Shown here in pieces: positions 1 to 10,714 of a stretch of DNA of 64,000 nucleotides. The stretch spans positions 79-64,078 of the forward strand of contig JBEIVB010000004.1 of assembly GCA_040374085.1 (NCBI GenBank). The letters run 5' to 3'. Both the position numbers and the translations under genes were made by a program. The notes under the pieces were generated by a model. That model saw only the letters and a list, made by a program, of their open reading frames with translations. It was not told the DNA's origin and made no database searches. Source of the DNA: Flavobacteriales bacterium (GTDB lineage: Bacteria; Bacteroidota; Bacteroidia; UBA4408). Numbering within the stretch: the stretch's first letter is position 1; each line of letters begins with the position of its first letter.

Positions 1-608
1 GTCTTGCGCTTTTGCGGATCGTCTACAGTAGTGATGTAATCCTTGGGTTTGTTGAGCAGTACGTAAACCAGCTTTTCTTGTTTTACCGGCGTACCTCCAT
101 ACATGATCTGGTCTGATGGGAAAATTTTATAACCCAATTCCGTTATAACTTTACCATTAACGGTTACAACCCCAGAACCAATTAAATCATCGGCTTCTCT
201 TCTGGAGCATATCCCGGCATTTGCGAGGAACTTATTGAGCCGGATCCGGCCATCGTCTGCTTTTTCGGCGGTGGCTTTTGGAGCCACTTTTTTCACACGC
301 TTGTTGAACGTTTTTGGTTTCTGGTTTTTGTATTCCCGCGCAACGGCATCGAGTTCCTCTGAGGCTCTTTCTTTGGCACGTTGGAACGCTTTTGAAGAAG
401 AACCTCCGGCAGCTGATCCGGTTGTGCTGATGCTCCTCGGCGACTTGGCAGCCGTTTTTGGACCCGTTTTGCCTGCGGGCTTGCTTCCTGTTTCTTTTCG
501 TGCAGATGGTTTGCGCTTTCCGCCGGGGGAGCTTTCCCAGAAGCTGAATTGTCCTTTTTCGTTTTTCTGGGGAGTTGTCGTCCCTTTTTTTGTTGGCTTT
601 CCGCGCAT
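1..608 (-). CDS. rluB: Pseudouridine synthase of the RluB/RsuA family, N-terminal part only; the gene runs off the left edge of the window. It has a Lys/Arg-rich N-terminal extension followed by an S4 RNA-binding domain.
   Basis: Minus-strand translation of 1-230 gives ...IRLNKFLANAGICSRREADDLIGSGVVTVNGKVITELGYKIFPSDQIMYGGTPV..., a classic S4 domain. The same frame stays open upstream to an ATG at 608 (MRGKPTKKGTTTPQKNEKG...), passing through a K/R-rich low-complexity segment. The tracked ORFs 232..687(-) and 235..654(+) are in other frames and look spurious. Confidence 0.7.
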   Translation of the reverse strand, partial: MRGKPTKKGTTTPQKNEKGQFSFWESSPGGKRKPSARKETGSKPAGKTGPKTAAKSPRSISTTGSAAGGSSSKAFQRAKERASEELDAVAREYKNQKPKTFNKRVKKVAPKATAEKADDGRIRLNKFLANAGICSRREADDLIGSGVVTVNGKVITELGYKIFPSDQIMYGGTPVKQEKLVYVLLNKPKDYITTVDDPQKRK

Positions 609-619
609 GCTTTTTTTGA

Positions 620-994
620 TTAATCCGGAGAAAAGGCTCCGGGGTAATGAGTAAGGGTATGACTTTCTTCTGTTCCGGTAATGACAATCAAATCAAACCT
701 GAGGTTGTGGTTTGGGTAATGTTGGTGCATCCACTGATCGGCGGCTTCTTGCATCACTTCCCATTTCCGTTTGGTAAGCAACTCCTGGGGGTCTGCAACT
801 TCAGCGGTTCTGGTTTTTACTTCTGCCCACACCACCGTTGCTTCTTGCAACAGAACCAAATCAATTTCGCCTTTACCCAGCCTGAGGTTTTGCACTAAGA
901 ACACATAACCGTTGGCCAATAAATGCTCACGAGCCAATGTTTCGCCCCAGCTGCCGCGCTCCAGATGATTGGCCGTGGTTGACTTTAGGCCCAT
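620..994 (-). CDS. YraN/UPF0102 family endonuclease-like protein
   Basis: The motif GYVFLVQNLRLGKGEIDLVL...VVWAEVKTR matches the YraN signature (GEIDLIA...FVEVKTR). The internal Met MGLKS is the likely start; the tracked ORF extends to 1090. Confidence 0.7.
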   Translation of the reverse strand: MGLKSTTANHLERGSWGETLAREHLLANGYVFLVQNLRLGKGEIDLVLLQEATVVWAEVKTRTAEVADPQELLTKRKWEVMQEAADQWMHQHYPNHNLRFDLIVITGTEESHTLTHYPGAFSPD

Positions 995-2010
995 ACCTTG
1001 GTTCCCTCCGAACAGTTTGTGCAAATATCGGTTTCTTTTCTGCTGCGCAGCACACTGGATCTGAATTTGGCGTATGCCGGACCTTTCCAAATTTCGGCAA
1101 AAGGGCTCTCTTGTAGAGTTCCCATTGGGTGGTGTGCATCTTTATCGAAGCAACACGGCACAACGGTTCCGTCCCATGTAATAACAGGAGCATGCCACAG
1201 CTTCCAACAGTGGTTTTCGAGTTTGCCTTTGAAACGGTAGCTTCCGTCTTCCTGAAGGGCATAACGCGAGTAGATTGGATTGTCGGGAATCAGCGGACTG
1301 CCTTTTTCGTAACCGTAAATCTGAGCTGTTTTAAACCAGATGTCGTCCACCTCCAGATCAAGAGCCAATTTCTGTGCTTCCTGAATCTGGTGCTCATTGG
1401 GTTTTACAACAAGAAATTGAAACACAATGTAGGGGCGTTTTGAACTCAAACGCTTGCGCGCAGCCACCAATCGCTTAACGCCTTCCACTACTTTTTCCAA
1501 GGATCCACCCACCCGATAGGCAGCATAGGTTTCTTGGGTGGTCCCATCGAGCGATACAATCAATCTAGATAATCCGGATTTGACCGTTGCTTCGGCCATT
1601 GCTTCGGTTAAATAGTGTCCGTTGGTTGAGGTAACGGTGTAAAGTCCCGACTGATGTGCCTCCCCCACCATATCTAAAAACCTTGGATTGAGGTAGGGTT
1701 CTCCTTGAAAGTAAAAGGTTAGATAGGTAAGTCGCGGGCTCATTTCCCTTAAAAGATTCCGGAAAAATTCTGGATCCAGCATGCCGGTCGGTCTTGAAAA
1801 AGAACGAAGGCCGCTAGGACATTCCGGACAGCGCAGGTTGCAGGAGGTGGTGGGTTCTACCGATAAGGAAATGGGCATGCCCCATTGTATAGGACGTTTG
1901 AAGGTTTTAGAAACGTAATACGATGCTACAACCTGCACCATGTTCCATAAGCGTAAAAGAGTTAAATGATGCCAAACCTCCTTTGTATCTTTCCAACGTC
2001 TTCCAGCCAT
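985..2010 (-). CDS. Radical SAM protein with a C-terminal SPASM-like Cys-rich domain
   Basis: CNLRCPEC (CxxxCxxC) lies near the N-terminus, and the C-terminus carries further Cys clusters (CCFDKD...CTNCSEG). The true start is probably an internal Met at about 1941 or 1878. Confidence 0.8.
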   Translation of the reverse strand: MAGRRWKDTKEVWHHLTLLRLWNMVQVVASYYVSKTFKRPIQWGMPISLSVEPTTSCNLRCPECPSGLRSFSRPTGMLDPEFFRNLLREMSPRLTYLTFYFQGEPYLNPRFLDMVGEAHQSGLYTVTSTNGHYLTEAMAEATVKSGLSRLIVSLDGTTQETYAAYRVGGSLEKVVEGVKRLVAARKRLSSKRPYIVFQFLVVKPNEHQIQEAQKLALDLEVDDIWFKTAQIYGYEKGSPLIPDNPIYSRYALQEDGSYRFKGKLENHCWKLWHAPVITWDGTVVPCCFDKDAHHPMGTLQESPFAEIWKGPAYAKFRSSVLRSRKETDICTNCSEGTKVWA

Positions 2011-5000
2011 TATATTTTTATTCCTATAATCAATACGTCATCAACCTGTTCAAGCTCTCCTTTCCAAGCATCAAAGGCAGAGATCAATCGAGTTTGTTGT
2101 TCCTGCATGGAGCAAGCCTGCGCATCAAGAAGCAGCTTTTTCAATTGATTGTATTTGTATTTTTTACCCAATGGCCCGCCAAACTGGTCGGCAAACCCAT
2201 CGGAGAAAAGATACAAGGTATCGTCTGCTTTCACTGTGATGCGTTGGCCTACAAAGCGAGGCAATTCATTGCCGAGGAAGATGCCCACGGGAAACTTGTT
2301 GCCTTTAATTTCATAAAGACGATGCGTTTCATTTTCCATGATGGGCGTATGGCCTTCCAACTCCTCGCTTGTTTTGGGTCTTATGAAATACAGGGGATTG
2401 TTGGCTCCGGCAAAATCTACGCACATGGTAGAATGGTTCACTCGGCAAATCACCGCATCCATCCCGTCTTTGGATGTACTGCCATCTCTACGCTGCTTAA
2501 GGGCACGAATGATATTGGTTCTGAGTTGCTCCAGAATTTCTTCAGGCTGGGTGATTTCGCGTTGGTTTACGATCTCGTTTAGATTGTCGTTGCCCATCAG
2601 ACTCATGAAAGCACCCGGAACGCCATGACCGGTACAATCTACAACGGCTAAAACTTTTTGATCCCCATTGCTGCCGGCCCAATAAAAATCTCCGCTTACA
2701 ATATCTTTTGGTCTATAAAAAACGAAGCTCTTAGGGAACATTCGGGTTACGTCTTCATAGGAGGGCATGAGCGCATCTTGAATGCGCTTTGCGTAAACAA
2801 TGCTGTCGGTGATTTCTTTGTTTTTGAATTCAATTTGCGATTTCTGACGGCGCAATTCTTTTGTTTGGCCCTCAATGATTCGGTTAAGTCCTCGTGTATA
2901 GGCGCGTATGATGAATATGAATCCGCCGGTGCAAAAAAGGATGTATAGAAGGTAGGCCCAAAAGGTCCGGTACCATGGCGGGAGAATGGTAAACCGAATG
3001 GTGCCTTCTTTACTTTCTGTTCCAAAAATGTTTCTGCATTTTACATGAAGAATGTAGTTTCCTTCCGATAAGTTGGTGTAGCTCCTTTCGCTTTTGAGGG
3101 ACCAGTCGCTCCAGGTTTTGTCGTTCCCTTCTAGAAACACACTGAATCGGTTCTCGTTGGAAACGATAAACTGATTGGAACCGAAATTAAAATAAAGGTT
3201 GTTTTGATTGTACGGGATGATCAGTTCTTGATTCCCTTGATCGATTTTTGGAATGAAAATTTCTGTACCAAAGATTGTGGATGCAGACAAGGTTCTGAAG
3301 TTCCCCGCAAAAATCGAGTCCTTCTCCGAAATCATGGAACGGACAAAAGCGTTGAAGGTATTGTTAGGCGCTGAGTAAGGAAAATGCATGGAGTAGGAAA
3401 CTACACCAACGGTGCGGGCAAGAAGGATTTGTTTTTCAGGCGAAATCCAAATGTCTTTTAGGTCTCCCTCTTCCTGAATACGGTTGAACGCGGCGTAATT
3501 CCATAGATACGTTCCATTTGCCTGTTTCAGGGCAACCCCATGTTCAGACTTTTTTTCGTTCACTGTGGATACGATCCAAACATTTCCACTGGAATCCTCT
3601 TTTATCCGCTGAATGCCTCTATTTCTTTGAGTGAAAGTACTGCCCAATTTGGAATAGGGTTTGAATCGGTAACGTTTTATACGCTCATCCCAAACGGGGT
3701 GAAGCAGTCCCGAAGGTGTTCCCAGAACCACTTCGTTCCGGATCATGAAAGCAAAATTGTCGTGATCGGTTGTTATGCCATCCTCGGCACCGTAGGTAAT
3801 GGCTTCAAGCGTGCTGAAGGATTTTTCTCCTCGAACTCCATCGGGTGTCCGAGGTATCATTCCCACAACATCATTGTTGTTGGTAAACCAAATTTCTCCA
3901 TTGGATTTTTCTACCAGCGTCCCGATGGTTTCGTTGATGATGCCTATATCGCCTTTGACTGTCCAGGTACCGTTGGAATATTTAATTACGGTTATGCCTG
4001 TTTTGGTTCCTATGTAAACTTCACCCGGATGAACACGAGATGGGAGAATGCGGAAAACCGTTTGGCCGGGGGGAATGAGATTGCGCTCCATTCCATCTTT
4101 TATTTCCAAGCACCCATTTTTTGTTGCAACCAGCAATCGATCTGCATCCTTTGCCCCGGGTGGTGTAAATGCCTGAACATCCCAACATTCGGTTGGATTT
4201 TTCAGAATCTGCACGGCTTTCTTAGAAGCATCATTTTTTTCGAAAAGCCCCAGAAATCCTCCGAAGTAGTAAGCGTTTTTCAATCGCCCTATCGATTCTA
4301 TCCCACCCATAATCCCATGGATGTCCGACATGTTTCGAAATGGCGATAGATATTCTACCATTCCAATTCCATTATACAAGGCTAACCATATATTGTGTTG
4401 GTTGTCTTCGAATACATTCAGAATGGAGAGATCCGGCAAGCCTTCACTTTTATCGATGATGGTGGTTAGGTTCAGCTGGTGATCTAGAATTACAAGGCCC
4501 CCTTTCATGGTTCCCAATGCGTATTCTCCTGAGGAAAGTTGAATTCCTCGATACAGAGATTTTTCTTCGAGGAAGGCATTCACCTTGCTTTTCACCTTCT
4601 CGATTTTCATTCCCTTTGCGTTGCCTTTTTCTAAAGTGCCTTCAACAGCGCGCCCGGTCATAATACCCAATTCTCTTCCGGCAAGGAAATATTCGCCGGG
4701 GCCTTTGGGCAGAAGCACATCAAGGCGGCTATCGGCCAGCATTTCGGTTCCGGGTACAAAATCGATGGTTTCCTCGTTGATTTTTAAGAGGCCTTCCCCT
4801 TTTTTTCGGATGTAGATGTTTCCGTTTAAGCAGAATGCGGTATGAAAACGCCCCTCCGAGCTCCATGCTTTGAATTTGCCGTTTCGAAATCGAAGGATGT
4901 AATTGTTGGTAATGAAAAACACTCCTTTGGTGGTAGCAAACGTGTACCACACATCCCCTATATCTTCCATTCCTTTTGGTAGGAGGTGCATAAGAGGGTA

Positions 5001-5429
5001 GAACCTGGTTTTGCCGAATTCGTTGGGTTGGAGGTATCCGAGGTTGCCCGAGCCGCCAACGAACAACATGCCCGATGCAGTGTCTAAACCCAGAGAGCGG
5101 ACTGCGGTATTGGAGTAAATATAGCGCCAAGAGGTACCATCAAATTCCAAAACCCCAACTCCATTGGCCACGTAAATAAGTCCTTTTTTGTCTTGAACCG
5201 CATCCCAGTTTTGGTTGTGGGCGTTGTAATCGCGCACTCCAAAATAGCGGGCAAAGCAATCGCCCATAAAAGGCGCCGGAATCTTTGGTTGCGCTGTTGT
5301 TGACTGTCTGCTGGCAAGGAGACAGTACAGCAAAAAGAACCGGTAAATGGTGGCGCGCATAAATCGTGCTAATGTACAAAATAGCATCGGCTTGGTAAAC
5401 AGGCGTTTTGGATGGGAAACCCCTCTCAA
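2010..5429 (-). CDS. Large sensor protein: periplasmic two-component-regulator beta-propeller / Y_Y_Y repeats, then a TM segment, a coiled-coil, and a C-terminal PP2C/SpoIIE-type serine phosphatase
   Basis: The 1139-aa ORF has a signal peptide (MRATIYRFFLLYCLLA). Repeated propeller-like segments are followed by a hydrophobic TM stretch (WAYLLYILFCTGGFIFII). The C-terminal domain contains VSGDFYW...DCTGHGVPGAFMS...FSDGF, as in SpoIIE/RsbU phosphatases. Confidence 0.8.
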   Translation of the reverse strand: MRGVSHPKRLFTKPMLFCTLARFMRATIYRFFLLYCLLASRQSTTAQPKIPAPFMGDCFARYFGVRDYNAHNQNWDAVQDKKGLIYVANGVGVLEFDGTSWRYIYSNTAVRSLGLDTASGMLFVGGSGNLGYLQPNEFGKTRFYPLMHLLPKGMEDIGDVWYTFATTKGVFFITNNYILRFRNGKFKAWSSEGRFHTAFCLNGNIYIRKKGEGLLKINEETIDFVPGTEMLADSRLDVLLPKGPGEYFLAGRELGIMTGRAVEGTLEKGNAKGMKIEKVKSKVNAFLEEKSLYRGIQLSSGEYALGTMKGGLVILDHQLNLTTIIDKSEGLPDLSILNVFEDNQHNIWLALYNGIGMVEYLSPFRNMSDIHGIMGGIESIGRLKNAYYFGGFLGLFEKNDASKKAVQILKNPTECWDVQAFTPPGAKDADRLLVATKNGCLEIKDGMERNLIPPGQTVFRILPSRVHPGEVYIGTKTGITVIKYSNGTWTVKGDIGIINETIGTLVEKSNGEIWFTNNNDVVGMIPRTPDGVRGEKSFSTLEAITYGAEDGITTDHDNFAFMIRNEVVLGTPSGLLHPVWDERIKRYRFKPYSKLGSTFTQRNRGIQRIKEDSSGNVWIVSTVNEKKSEHGVALKQANGTYLWNYAAFNRIQEEGDLKDIWISPEKQILLARTVGVVSYSMHFPYSAPNNTFNAFVRSMISEKDSIFAGNFRTLSASTIFGTEIFIPKIDQGNQELIIPYNQNNLYFNFGSNQFIVSNENRFSVFLEGNDKTWSDWSLKSERSYTNLSEGNYILHVKCRNIFGTESKEGTIRFTILPPWYRTFWAYLLYILFCTGGFIFIIRAYTRGLNRIIEGQTKELRRQKSQIEFKNKEITDSIVYAKRIQDALMPSYEDVTRMFPKSFVFYRPKDIVSGDFYWAGSNGDQKVLAVVDCTGHGVPGAFMSLMGNDNLNEIVNQREITQPEEILEQLRTNIIRALKQRRDGSTSKDGMDAVICRVNHSTMCVDFAGANNPLYFIRPKTSEELEGHTPIMENETHRLYEIKGNKFPVGIFLGNELPRFVGQRITVKADDTLYLFSDGFADQFGGPLGKKYKYNQLKKLLLDAQACSMQEQQTRLISAFDAWKGELEQVDDVLIIGIKI

Positions 5430-5470
5430 ATGAAGGCGCCAAACTGTACCTTCGTTGCTTTCCCTAGATC

Positions 5471-8275
5471 ATGGAAAACCAAGAAAAGAAACTGTTCCTC
5501 CTCGATGCATTTGCGTTGATTTTTCGTGCCTATTTTGCCTTCTCTAACAATCCGCGCATCAACTCAAAGGGGTTCAATACCTCGGCTGTGTTCGGCTTCA
5601 CCAATACCTTGCTGGAGGTCCTTAAAAAGTATAAACCTACTCATTGGGCGGTGGTGTTCGACACCTCTGCTCCTACGCATCGCCATGAAGAGTTTGTGGA
5701 GTACAAAGCTAACCGCGAAGCTATGCCCGAGGACCTTGCATCCTCTTTACCTTACATTTTTAGATTGGTAGAAGCACTCAACATTCCGATGTTTGCCATG
5801 GATGGGTTTGAGGCCGACGATGTAATTGGAACTCTTGCGCGCCAGGCCGAATCGGAGGGTTTTATTACGTTTATGATGACGCCCGATAAAGACTACGGGC
5901 AATTGGTTACGGATAAAACGTTTATTTTAAAACCAGCTCGGGCAGGTGGTGCCGCAGAAATTCTAGGCCCACCAGAAGTATGCGCTCGGTTCGAGGTAGA
6001 GCAACCTATGCAGGTAATCGACATCTTGGGTTTGATGGGCGACAAGGTGGACAACATTCCGGGCATTCCCGGGGTGGGAGAGAAAACGGCCATTCAGCTC
6101 ATCAAAACCTACCACAGTGTGGAGCGCATGCTCGAGAATACGCATGAGCTGAAAGGGAAGTTGCGCGAGAAAGTGGAGGCCCACCGCGAGCTCGCCATCC
6201 AATCGAAGCGTCTGGCCACCATACGTTGCGATGTTCCGGTATCTTTTGAAGCCGATGCCATAAAGGTTGCACCCTTCCATTCCGATTTGGTTCGGGAGCT
6301 TTTTGCTGAGTTGGAGTTTCGACGTCTGGCGTCTCAGCTCCTTGGCGAGGAGTTGCCATCGGCGCCCAAAATCGCTGCTGCACAGATGAATCTGTTTGAC
6401 GAAACCGCTCCCGAAACCCCTGCTTCAGCCCGAGCAGAGGTGAATGAAACTGCTATGCTGAAGCGACTTTCCGATTATCCACACACCTTTAAAGTTATAA
6501 ACAGTACGGATGGTATTCTAGAAATGGTGAAGGATCTTCTGGAGAGACCTGCTTTCGCATTCGATACGGAAACTACCGATCTAGAAGCCATTAACGCCGA
6601 ATTGGTAGGGCTCTCCTTTTCGGCTGCACCCGGAACCGGTTATTGGATACCAACGCCGAATAGTAGGTCTGAAACGGTAGCATTGCTCGATCTGCTCAAA
6701 CCACTTTTTTTAAATGAAAAAGTGATAAAAATTGGTCAAAATATTAAGTATGACCTCACTGTTTTGGCCAATTACGGGATTCAAATAAAGGGGCCTTTGT
6801 TTGATACGATGTTGGCTCATTACCTCCTTCAGCCCGATATGCGTCATAACATGAATGTGTTGGCTGAAACATACTTGCATTATTCTCCCGTGCCCATAGA
6901 AGCCCTTATTGGGCCTAAAGGTAAGAAGCAGAAGTCGATGCGGGATGCCGACCCACAATTGTTGGCAGATTACGCAGCAGAAGACGCGGAGGTTACCCTT
7001 CGTCTTCATGATGTTTTTCTGCCCATGTTGTCGGATGAAGGCAATGCAAAAGCCATGCTGGCCCAGGTGGAGATGCCTTTAGTTCCGGTGCTTGCCTTTA
7101 TGGAGCGCCAAGGTGTGCGCATTGATGAGGGGGCTCTGAACGCCATGAGTGGACAACTCCAAACCGACATTCAAACTCTGGAACAAGAGATTTTGGCTTT
7201 GGCCGGAACTTCATTCAATATTGCCAGTCCCCGCCAGTTAGGCGAGGTGTTGTTTGATGTGTTGGGGATTGATCCTCAGGCAAAAAAAACCAAAACGGGT
7301 CAGTATGCAACAGGTGAAGATGTGCTTTCGAAGCTTGCTCATAAGCATCCTATTATAGATAAGATACTCGACTTCCGGGAGCTGCAGAAGCTAAAGTCAA
7401 CCTATGTGGATGCGTTGCCAGGCATGGTGAATCCGATAACCGGCAAGGTGCATACTTCTTACAATCAGGCGGTTGCGGCCACGGGTAGGTTAAGTTCCAA
7501 CAACCCCAATCTTCAGAACATTCCCATTCGCACTGCGAGGGGCAGAGAGATACGACGGGCTTTCTTGCCCAGTTCGCCGAATCGGGTCTTGCTCTCTGCA
7601 GATTATTCTCAGGTGGAGTTGCGCATCATTGCCTCCCTCAGCGGAGACCAAACCATGATTGATGCATTCTCGCATGGAGCGGATATTCATGCTACTACGG
7701 CTGCAAAGGTTTTTGGTGTTTCGTTGGATGCGGTTACCACAGAGATGCGCAGGAAGGCTAAGATGGTTAACTTTGGTATTATATATGGCATCTCTGCATT
7801 TGGCTTGTCGGAGCGCCTGAACATACCAAGAAAAGAAGCCAAAGAAATAATCGACAACTACTTTACTCAGTTCAGCCGCTTGAAGTCGTACATGGACGAT
7901 TGCATTGAGCAAGCCAGAGAAAAGGGTTATGTAGAAACCATTCTGGGTCGACGCAGGTATTTACGCGATATCCACAGTGCCAATGCTGTGGTGCGCGGCT
8001 TTGCAGAGCGAAACGCCATAAATGCACCCATTCAGGGTTCAGCTGCCGATGTTATAAAAATGGCTATGATTCACATTCATCGTGCTATGGAGGCCGATCG
8101 CATGCAGTCGAGCATGATTCTTCAAGTGCACGATGAACTCGTTTTTGATGTCGAGCAAGAGGAATTGGGAGCGGTTCAGAGTTTGGTGCGTTTCCACATG
8201 GAGCACGCTGTAGAGTTGGCGGTTCCTTTGGTGGTGGAGATGGGTGTAGGAACCAATTGGTTGGAAGCCCACTAA
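5471..8275 (+). CDS. polA: DNA polymerase I
   Basis: The 934-aa protein has an N-terminal 5'-3' exonuclease (LLDAFALIFRAYFA), a 3'-5' exo domain (FDTETT), and a Pol A domain with motifs RRxAKxxNFGxxYG and VHDE. Confidence 0.95.
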   Translation: MENQEKKLFLLDAFALIFRAYFAFSNNPRINSKGFNTSAVFGFTNTLLEVLKKYKPTHWAVVFDTSAPTHRHEEFVEYKANREAMPEDLASSLPYIFRLVEALNIPMFAMDGFEADDVIGTLARQAESEGFITFMMTPDKDYGQLVTDKTFILKPARAGGAAEILGPPEVCARFEVEQPMQVIDILGLMGDKVDNIPGIPGVGEKTAIQLIKTYHSVERMLENTHELKGKLREKVEAHRELAIQSKRLATIRCDVPVSFEADAIKVAPFHSDLVRELFAELEFRRLASQLLGEELPSAPKIAAAQMNLFDETAPETPASARAEVNETAMLKRLSDYPHTFKVINSTDGILEMVKDLLERPAFAFDTETTDLEAINAELVGLSFSAAPGTGYWIPTPNSRSETVALLDLLKPLFLNEKVIKIGQNIKYDLTVLANYGIQIKGPLFDTMLAHYLLQPDMRHNMNVLAETYLHYSPVPIEALIGPKGKKQKSMRDADPQLLADYAAEDAEVTLRLHDVFLPMLSDEGNAKAMLAQVEMPLVPVLAFMERQGVRIDEGALNAMSGQLQTDIQTLEQEILALAGTSFNIASPRQLGEVLFDVLGIDPQAKKTKTGQYATGEDVLSKLAHKHPIIDKILDFRELQKLKSTYVDALPGMVNPITGKVHTSYNQAVAATGRLSSNNPNLQNIPIRTARGREIRRAFLPSSPNRVLLSADYSQVELRIIASLSGDQTMIDAFSHGADIHATTAAKVFGVSLDAVTTEMRRKAKMVNFGIIYGISAFGLSERLNIPRKEAKEIIDNYFTQFSRLKSYMDDCIEQAREKGYVETILGRRRYLRDIHSANAVVRGFAERNAINAPIQGSAADVIKMAMIHIHRAMEADRMQSSMILQVHDELVFDVEQEELGAVQSLVRFHMEHAVELAVPLVVEMGVGTNWLEAH

Positions 8276-8294
8276 GTATTTACACCTGCTGTAT

Positions 8295-8888
8295 TCAATC
8301 GTTTTTCGCTCCACTGGCCTGCGCTGTGCAAAAACAGTCTCGGCAAAGGGGTTCATAATGATTCGTTTCGCCCAGCAGCACCAGCTGTTGGCTTTCAGCG
8401 AGTCGATGAGAGAAATTGGCCAAGTTGCCGCAACGAACACAAACCGCATGCACCTTTGTAACGTATTCGGCGCAACACATCAGGGCGGGCATCGGACCAA
8501 AGGGCTTGCCTAAAAAATCCATGTCGAGTCCCGCCACAATAACCCTAGTACCGCGGTCTGCCAGCGAATTGCACACTTCTACAATTCCATCGTCGAAAAA
8601 TTGGGCTTCATCTATGCCTACTACTTCTACGTCTCCGGTTAGGAGCAGAATGTGCTGAGAGCCCTGAACCGGAGTGCTGAGGATGGAATTGGAATCGTGG
8701 GATACCACCGACTCTTCTGCATAGCGCACATCGATGGCTGGTTTGAAGATTTCTACCCGCTGACGCGCGTATTTGGCGCGCTTTAGCCTTCGAATCAACT
8801 CTTCGGTTTTTCCCGAAAACATGGATCCGCAAATCACTTCAATCCAACCTTTCTTCTTGGTGGCCGTTTGGAGGTTTTCAACAAACAT
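8295..8888 (-). CDS. tdk: Thymidine kinase
   Basis: P-loop [21 protein letters not shown], and the C-terminal Zn-ribbon CxxC...CxxC typical of Tdk. Confidence 0.9.
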   Translation of the reverse strand: MFVENLQTATKKKGWIEVICGSMFSGKTEELIRRLKRAKYARQRVEIFKPAIDVRYAEESVVSHDSNSILSTPVQGSQHILLLTGDVEVVGIDEAQFFDDGIVEVCNSLADRGTRVIVAGLDMDFLGKPFGPMPALMCCAEYVTKVHAVCVRCGNLANFSHRLAESQQLVLLGETNHYEPLCRDCFCTAQASGAKND

Positions 8889-8903
8889 TTTATGCGGTGC
8901 AGT

Positions 8904-8942
8904 TGTTGGGGGAAAAACGCGGGATAATTCTGATTATCTTTG
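8904..8942 (+). promoter_or_regulatory. Candidate Bacteroidota sigma-A promoter: a TTG -33 element and a TATCTTTG -7 element
   Basis: TATCTTTG at 8935-8942 matches the TAnnTTTG -7 consensus. TTG lies at 8904-8909 and the spacing is slightly long. It sits about 25 nt upstream of the 8968 start. Confidence 0.3.
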
Positions 8943-8967
8943 AAGGGTAAAAGTATCGCTTTTCGTT

Positions 8968-9648
8968 ATGAACCGGAAGGAATTGCATCTGGAAATTGAG
9001 CAGCTGATTCACAGCATCAAGTTGCACTATCATCAAATCAATGAGGGAATGCGAATTCCCACCATCGAATTGGAGTTGATTACGGCCAAAATCCGTAAGC
9101 TCCACGAGAAATCCATTGTGTACAACCACCTTCATTACCTAGAAGAGCAGGGGCTTATTCTAACGCGTGCACAATCAACACCTCGTGCATCTGCTCAATT
9201 GGTTTCATCACCTTCATCCTCCGGTTCTGCCTCACCTGTAGCTGCTTCAGTGGTAGCGTCTGTTTCAACGCCCGAGGCAACAATCGCCGATTCCGCCTCC
9301 GCTCCTTCAGCACCAACACCAGCATCGGAACCAACACCAGCACCTTCAGACGCGGCATCTGTTCCGGAGGCTTCAACCCACACAGCAACTCCATCGGGAG
9401 AGGCACAATCATCGGGTCAGGACTTGAACTCATTCGTTTCTTTTAACGACCGATACGTGTTCATTTCTAAGCTCTTTTGGGGCAATGCAGACGAATACAA
9501 GCGTGGCATTACCAGCATCAACGCCACCGGAAACCTGCAAGATGCAGAAGGCGTTGTTCGGGAGTTGGGCATTAGGTTTAAGTGGGATTCCGATAACGAG
9601 GCCGTTAAGCTTTTTCACACCATCGTACAACGGATGTTCTCCCGATGA
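8968..9648 (+). CDS. Hypothetical protein with two globular halves joined by a Ser/Ala/Pro-rich low-complexity linker
   Basis: 226-aa ORF. Its stop overlaps the ansA start by 4 nt (ATGA), which suggests translational coupling. The linker reads SSPSSSGSASPVAASVVASVSTPEATIADSASAPSAPTPASEPTPAPS. Confidence 0.55.
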   Translation: MNRKELHLEIEQLIHSIKLHYHQINEGMRIPTIELELITAKIRKLHEKSIVYNHLHYLEEQGLILTRAQSTPRASAQLVSSPSSSGSASPVAASVVASVSTPEATIADSASAPSAPTPASEPTPAPSDAASVPEASTHTATPSGEAQSSGQDLNSFVSFNDRYVFISKLFWGNADEYKRGITSINATGNLQDAEGVVRELGIRFKWDSDNEAVKLFHTIVQRMFSR

Positions 9649-10667
9649 CCGGGCAGCGCGTTCTGCTTATCTACACCGGCGGCACCATCGGTATGGTGCA
9701 GGATCCAGCGAGTCAAACTCTTGTTCCGGTAGATTTTGAGCACCTCAGCCGTCAGGTTCCTGAGCTGCAAAACTTCGACCTCCATTTAGAGGCCCAAGCC
9801 TTTCATCCTCCTTTAGACTCTTCCGACATGTTGCCGGCCACGTGGCAAGACATTGCGGCGCGCATCTTCGAAGCTTACGACCGTTTCGATGGGTTTGTGG
9901 TGCTGCACGGTTCCGACACCATGGCCTACACCGCATCTGCATTGAGTTTTATGTTGCAGGGCCTGGCAAAGCCCGTGGTGCTCACCGGTTCGCAATTGCC
10001 CATAGGCATGATTCGAACCGACGGGAAAGAAAACCTCATAACGGCCATTGAGATTGCCTCGGCATATCGCAACGGAGTGGCCGTTGTTCCCGAGGTAAGC
10101 GTCTATTTTGAATATCGTTTGTTTCGAGGGAATCGCGTAATTAAATATCATTCCGAGCATTTCGATGCCTTCAAAAGCCCCAATTATCCTCCCTTAGCTG
10201 AGGCAGGCATTCATTTGGATTTTAAAAATGAATACATAATGAAACCGGGTAACGCTCTGCAGTTTAAACCGGACATGAAGAGTGGGGTTGGGGTGATAAC
10301 CTTGTTTCCCGGCATATCGCTGGATTGGATGGAGCGCTGTATGCAAGAGCCTTCGGTGCATGCTTGGATTCTTCAAACATACGGTGCGGGCAATGCCCCA
10401 AGAGATCCGGCGTTTTTGCGCATTCTGGAGAAGGCTTCTTCTAAAGGGACTCTGCTGGTAAACGTAAGCCAATGCCCGGCCGGAACCGTTCAACAAGGCC
10501 GTTACGAAACCAGCCGCAGGCTACAGGAAATGGGTGTGCTCAGCGGAGGCGACATTACGCTAGAGGCTGCCATAACCAAACTCATGCACCTTTTGGGAAA
10601 TTCATATCAGGGCCAAACCTTGTCAGAGGCCTTCCTGAATCCCATTGCCGGCGAGCGCAGCCATTAA
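9645..10667 (+). CDS. ansA: L-asparaginase type I (cytoplasmic)
   Basis: [13 protein letters not shown]-terminal threonine motif and [15 protein letters not shown]; about 340 aa. Confidence 0.9.
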   Translation: MTGQRVLLIYTGGTIGMVQDPASQTLVPVDFEHLSRQVPELQNFDLHLEAQAFHPPLDSSDMLPATWQDIAARIFEAYDRFDGFVVLHGSDTMAYTASALSFMLQGLAKPVVLTGSQLPIGMIRTDGKENLITAIEIASAYRNGVAVVPEVSVYFEYRLFRGNRVIKYHSEHFDAFKSPNYPPLAEAGIHLDFKNEYIMKPGNALQFKPDMKSGVGVITLFPGISLDWMERCMQEPSVHAWILQTYGAGNAPRDPAFLRILEKASSKGTLLVNVSQCPAGTVQQGRYETSRRLQEMGVLSGGDITLEAAITKLMHLLGNSYQGQTLSEAFLNPIAGERSH

Positions 10668-10714
10668 CTTGCCCATAACCCTCAAAACCCCTACCTTTGG
10701 GCCCGCTCACATCA

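Noticed and set aside
232-687. Tracked ORFs 232..687(-) (Lys/Arg-rich 151 aa) and 235..654(+)
   Set aside because: The S4-domain frame of the pseudouridine synthase stays open through this region up to an ATG at 608. These two ORFs are alternative frames over the same K/R-rich coding segment, whose low complexity gives long spurious frames.
1923-2582. Plus-strand ORF of 219 aa, plus 3540..4349(+) and others inside 2010..5429
   Set aside because: They lie antisense within the long, well-supported sensor-phosphatase gene.
9155-9433. Antisense ORFs over the S/A/P linker region of the 8968 gene
   Set aside because: Low-complexity GC-rich coding on the opposite strand generates artefactual open frames.
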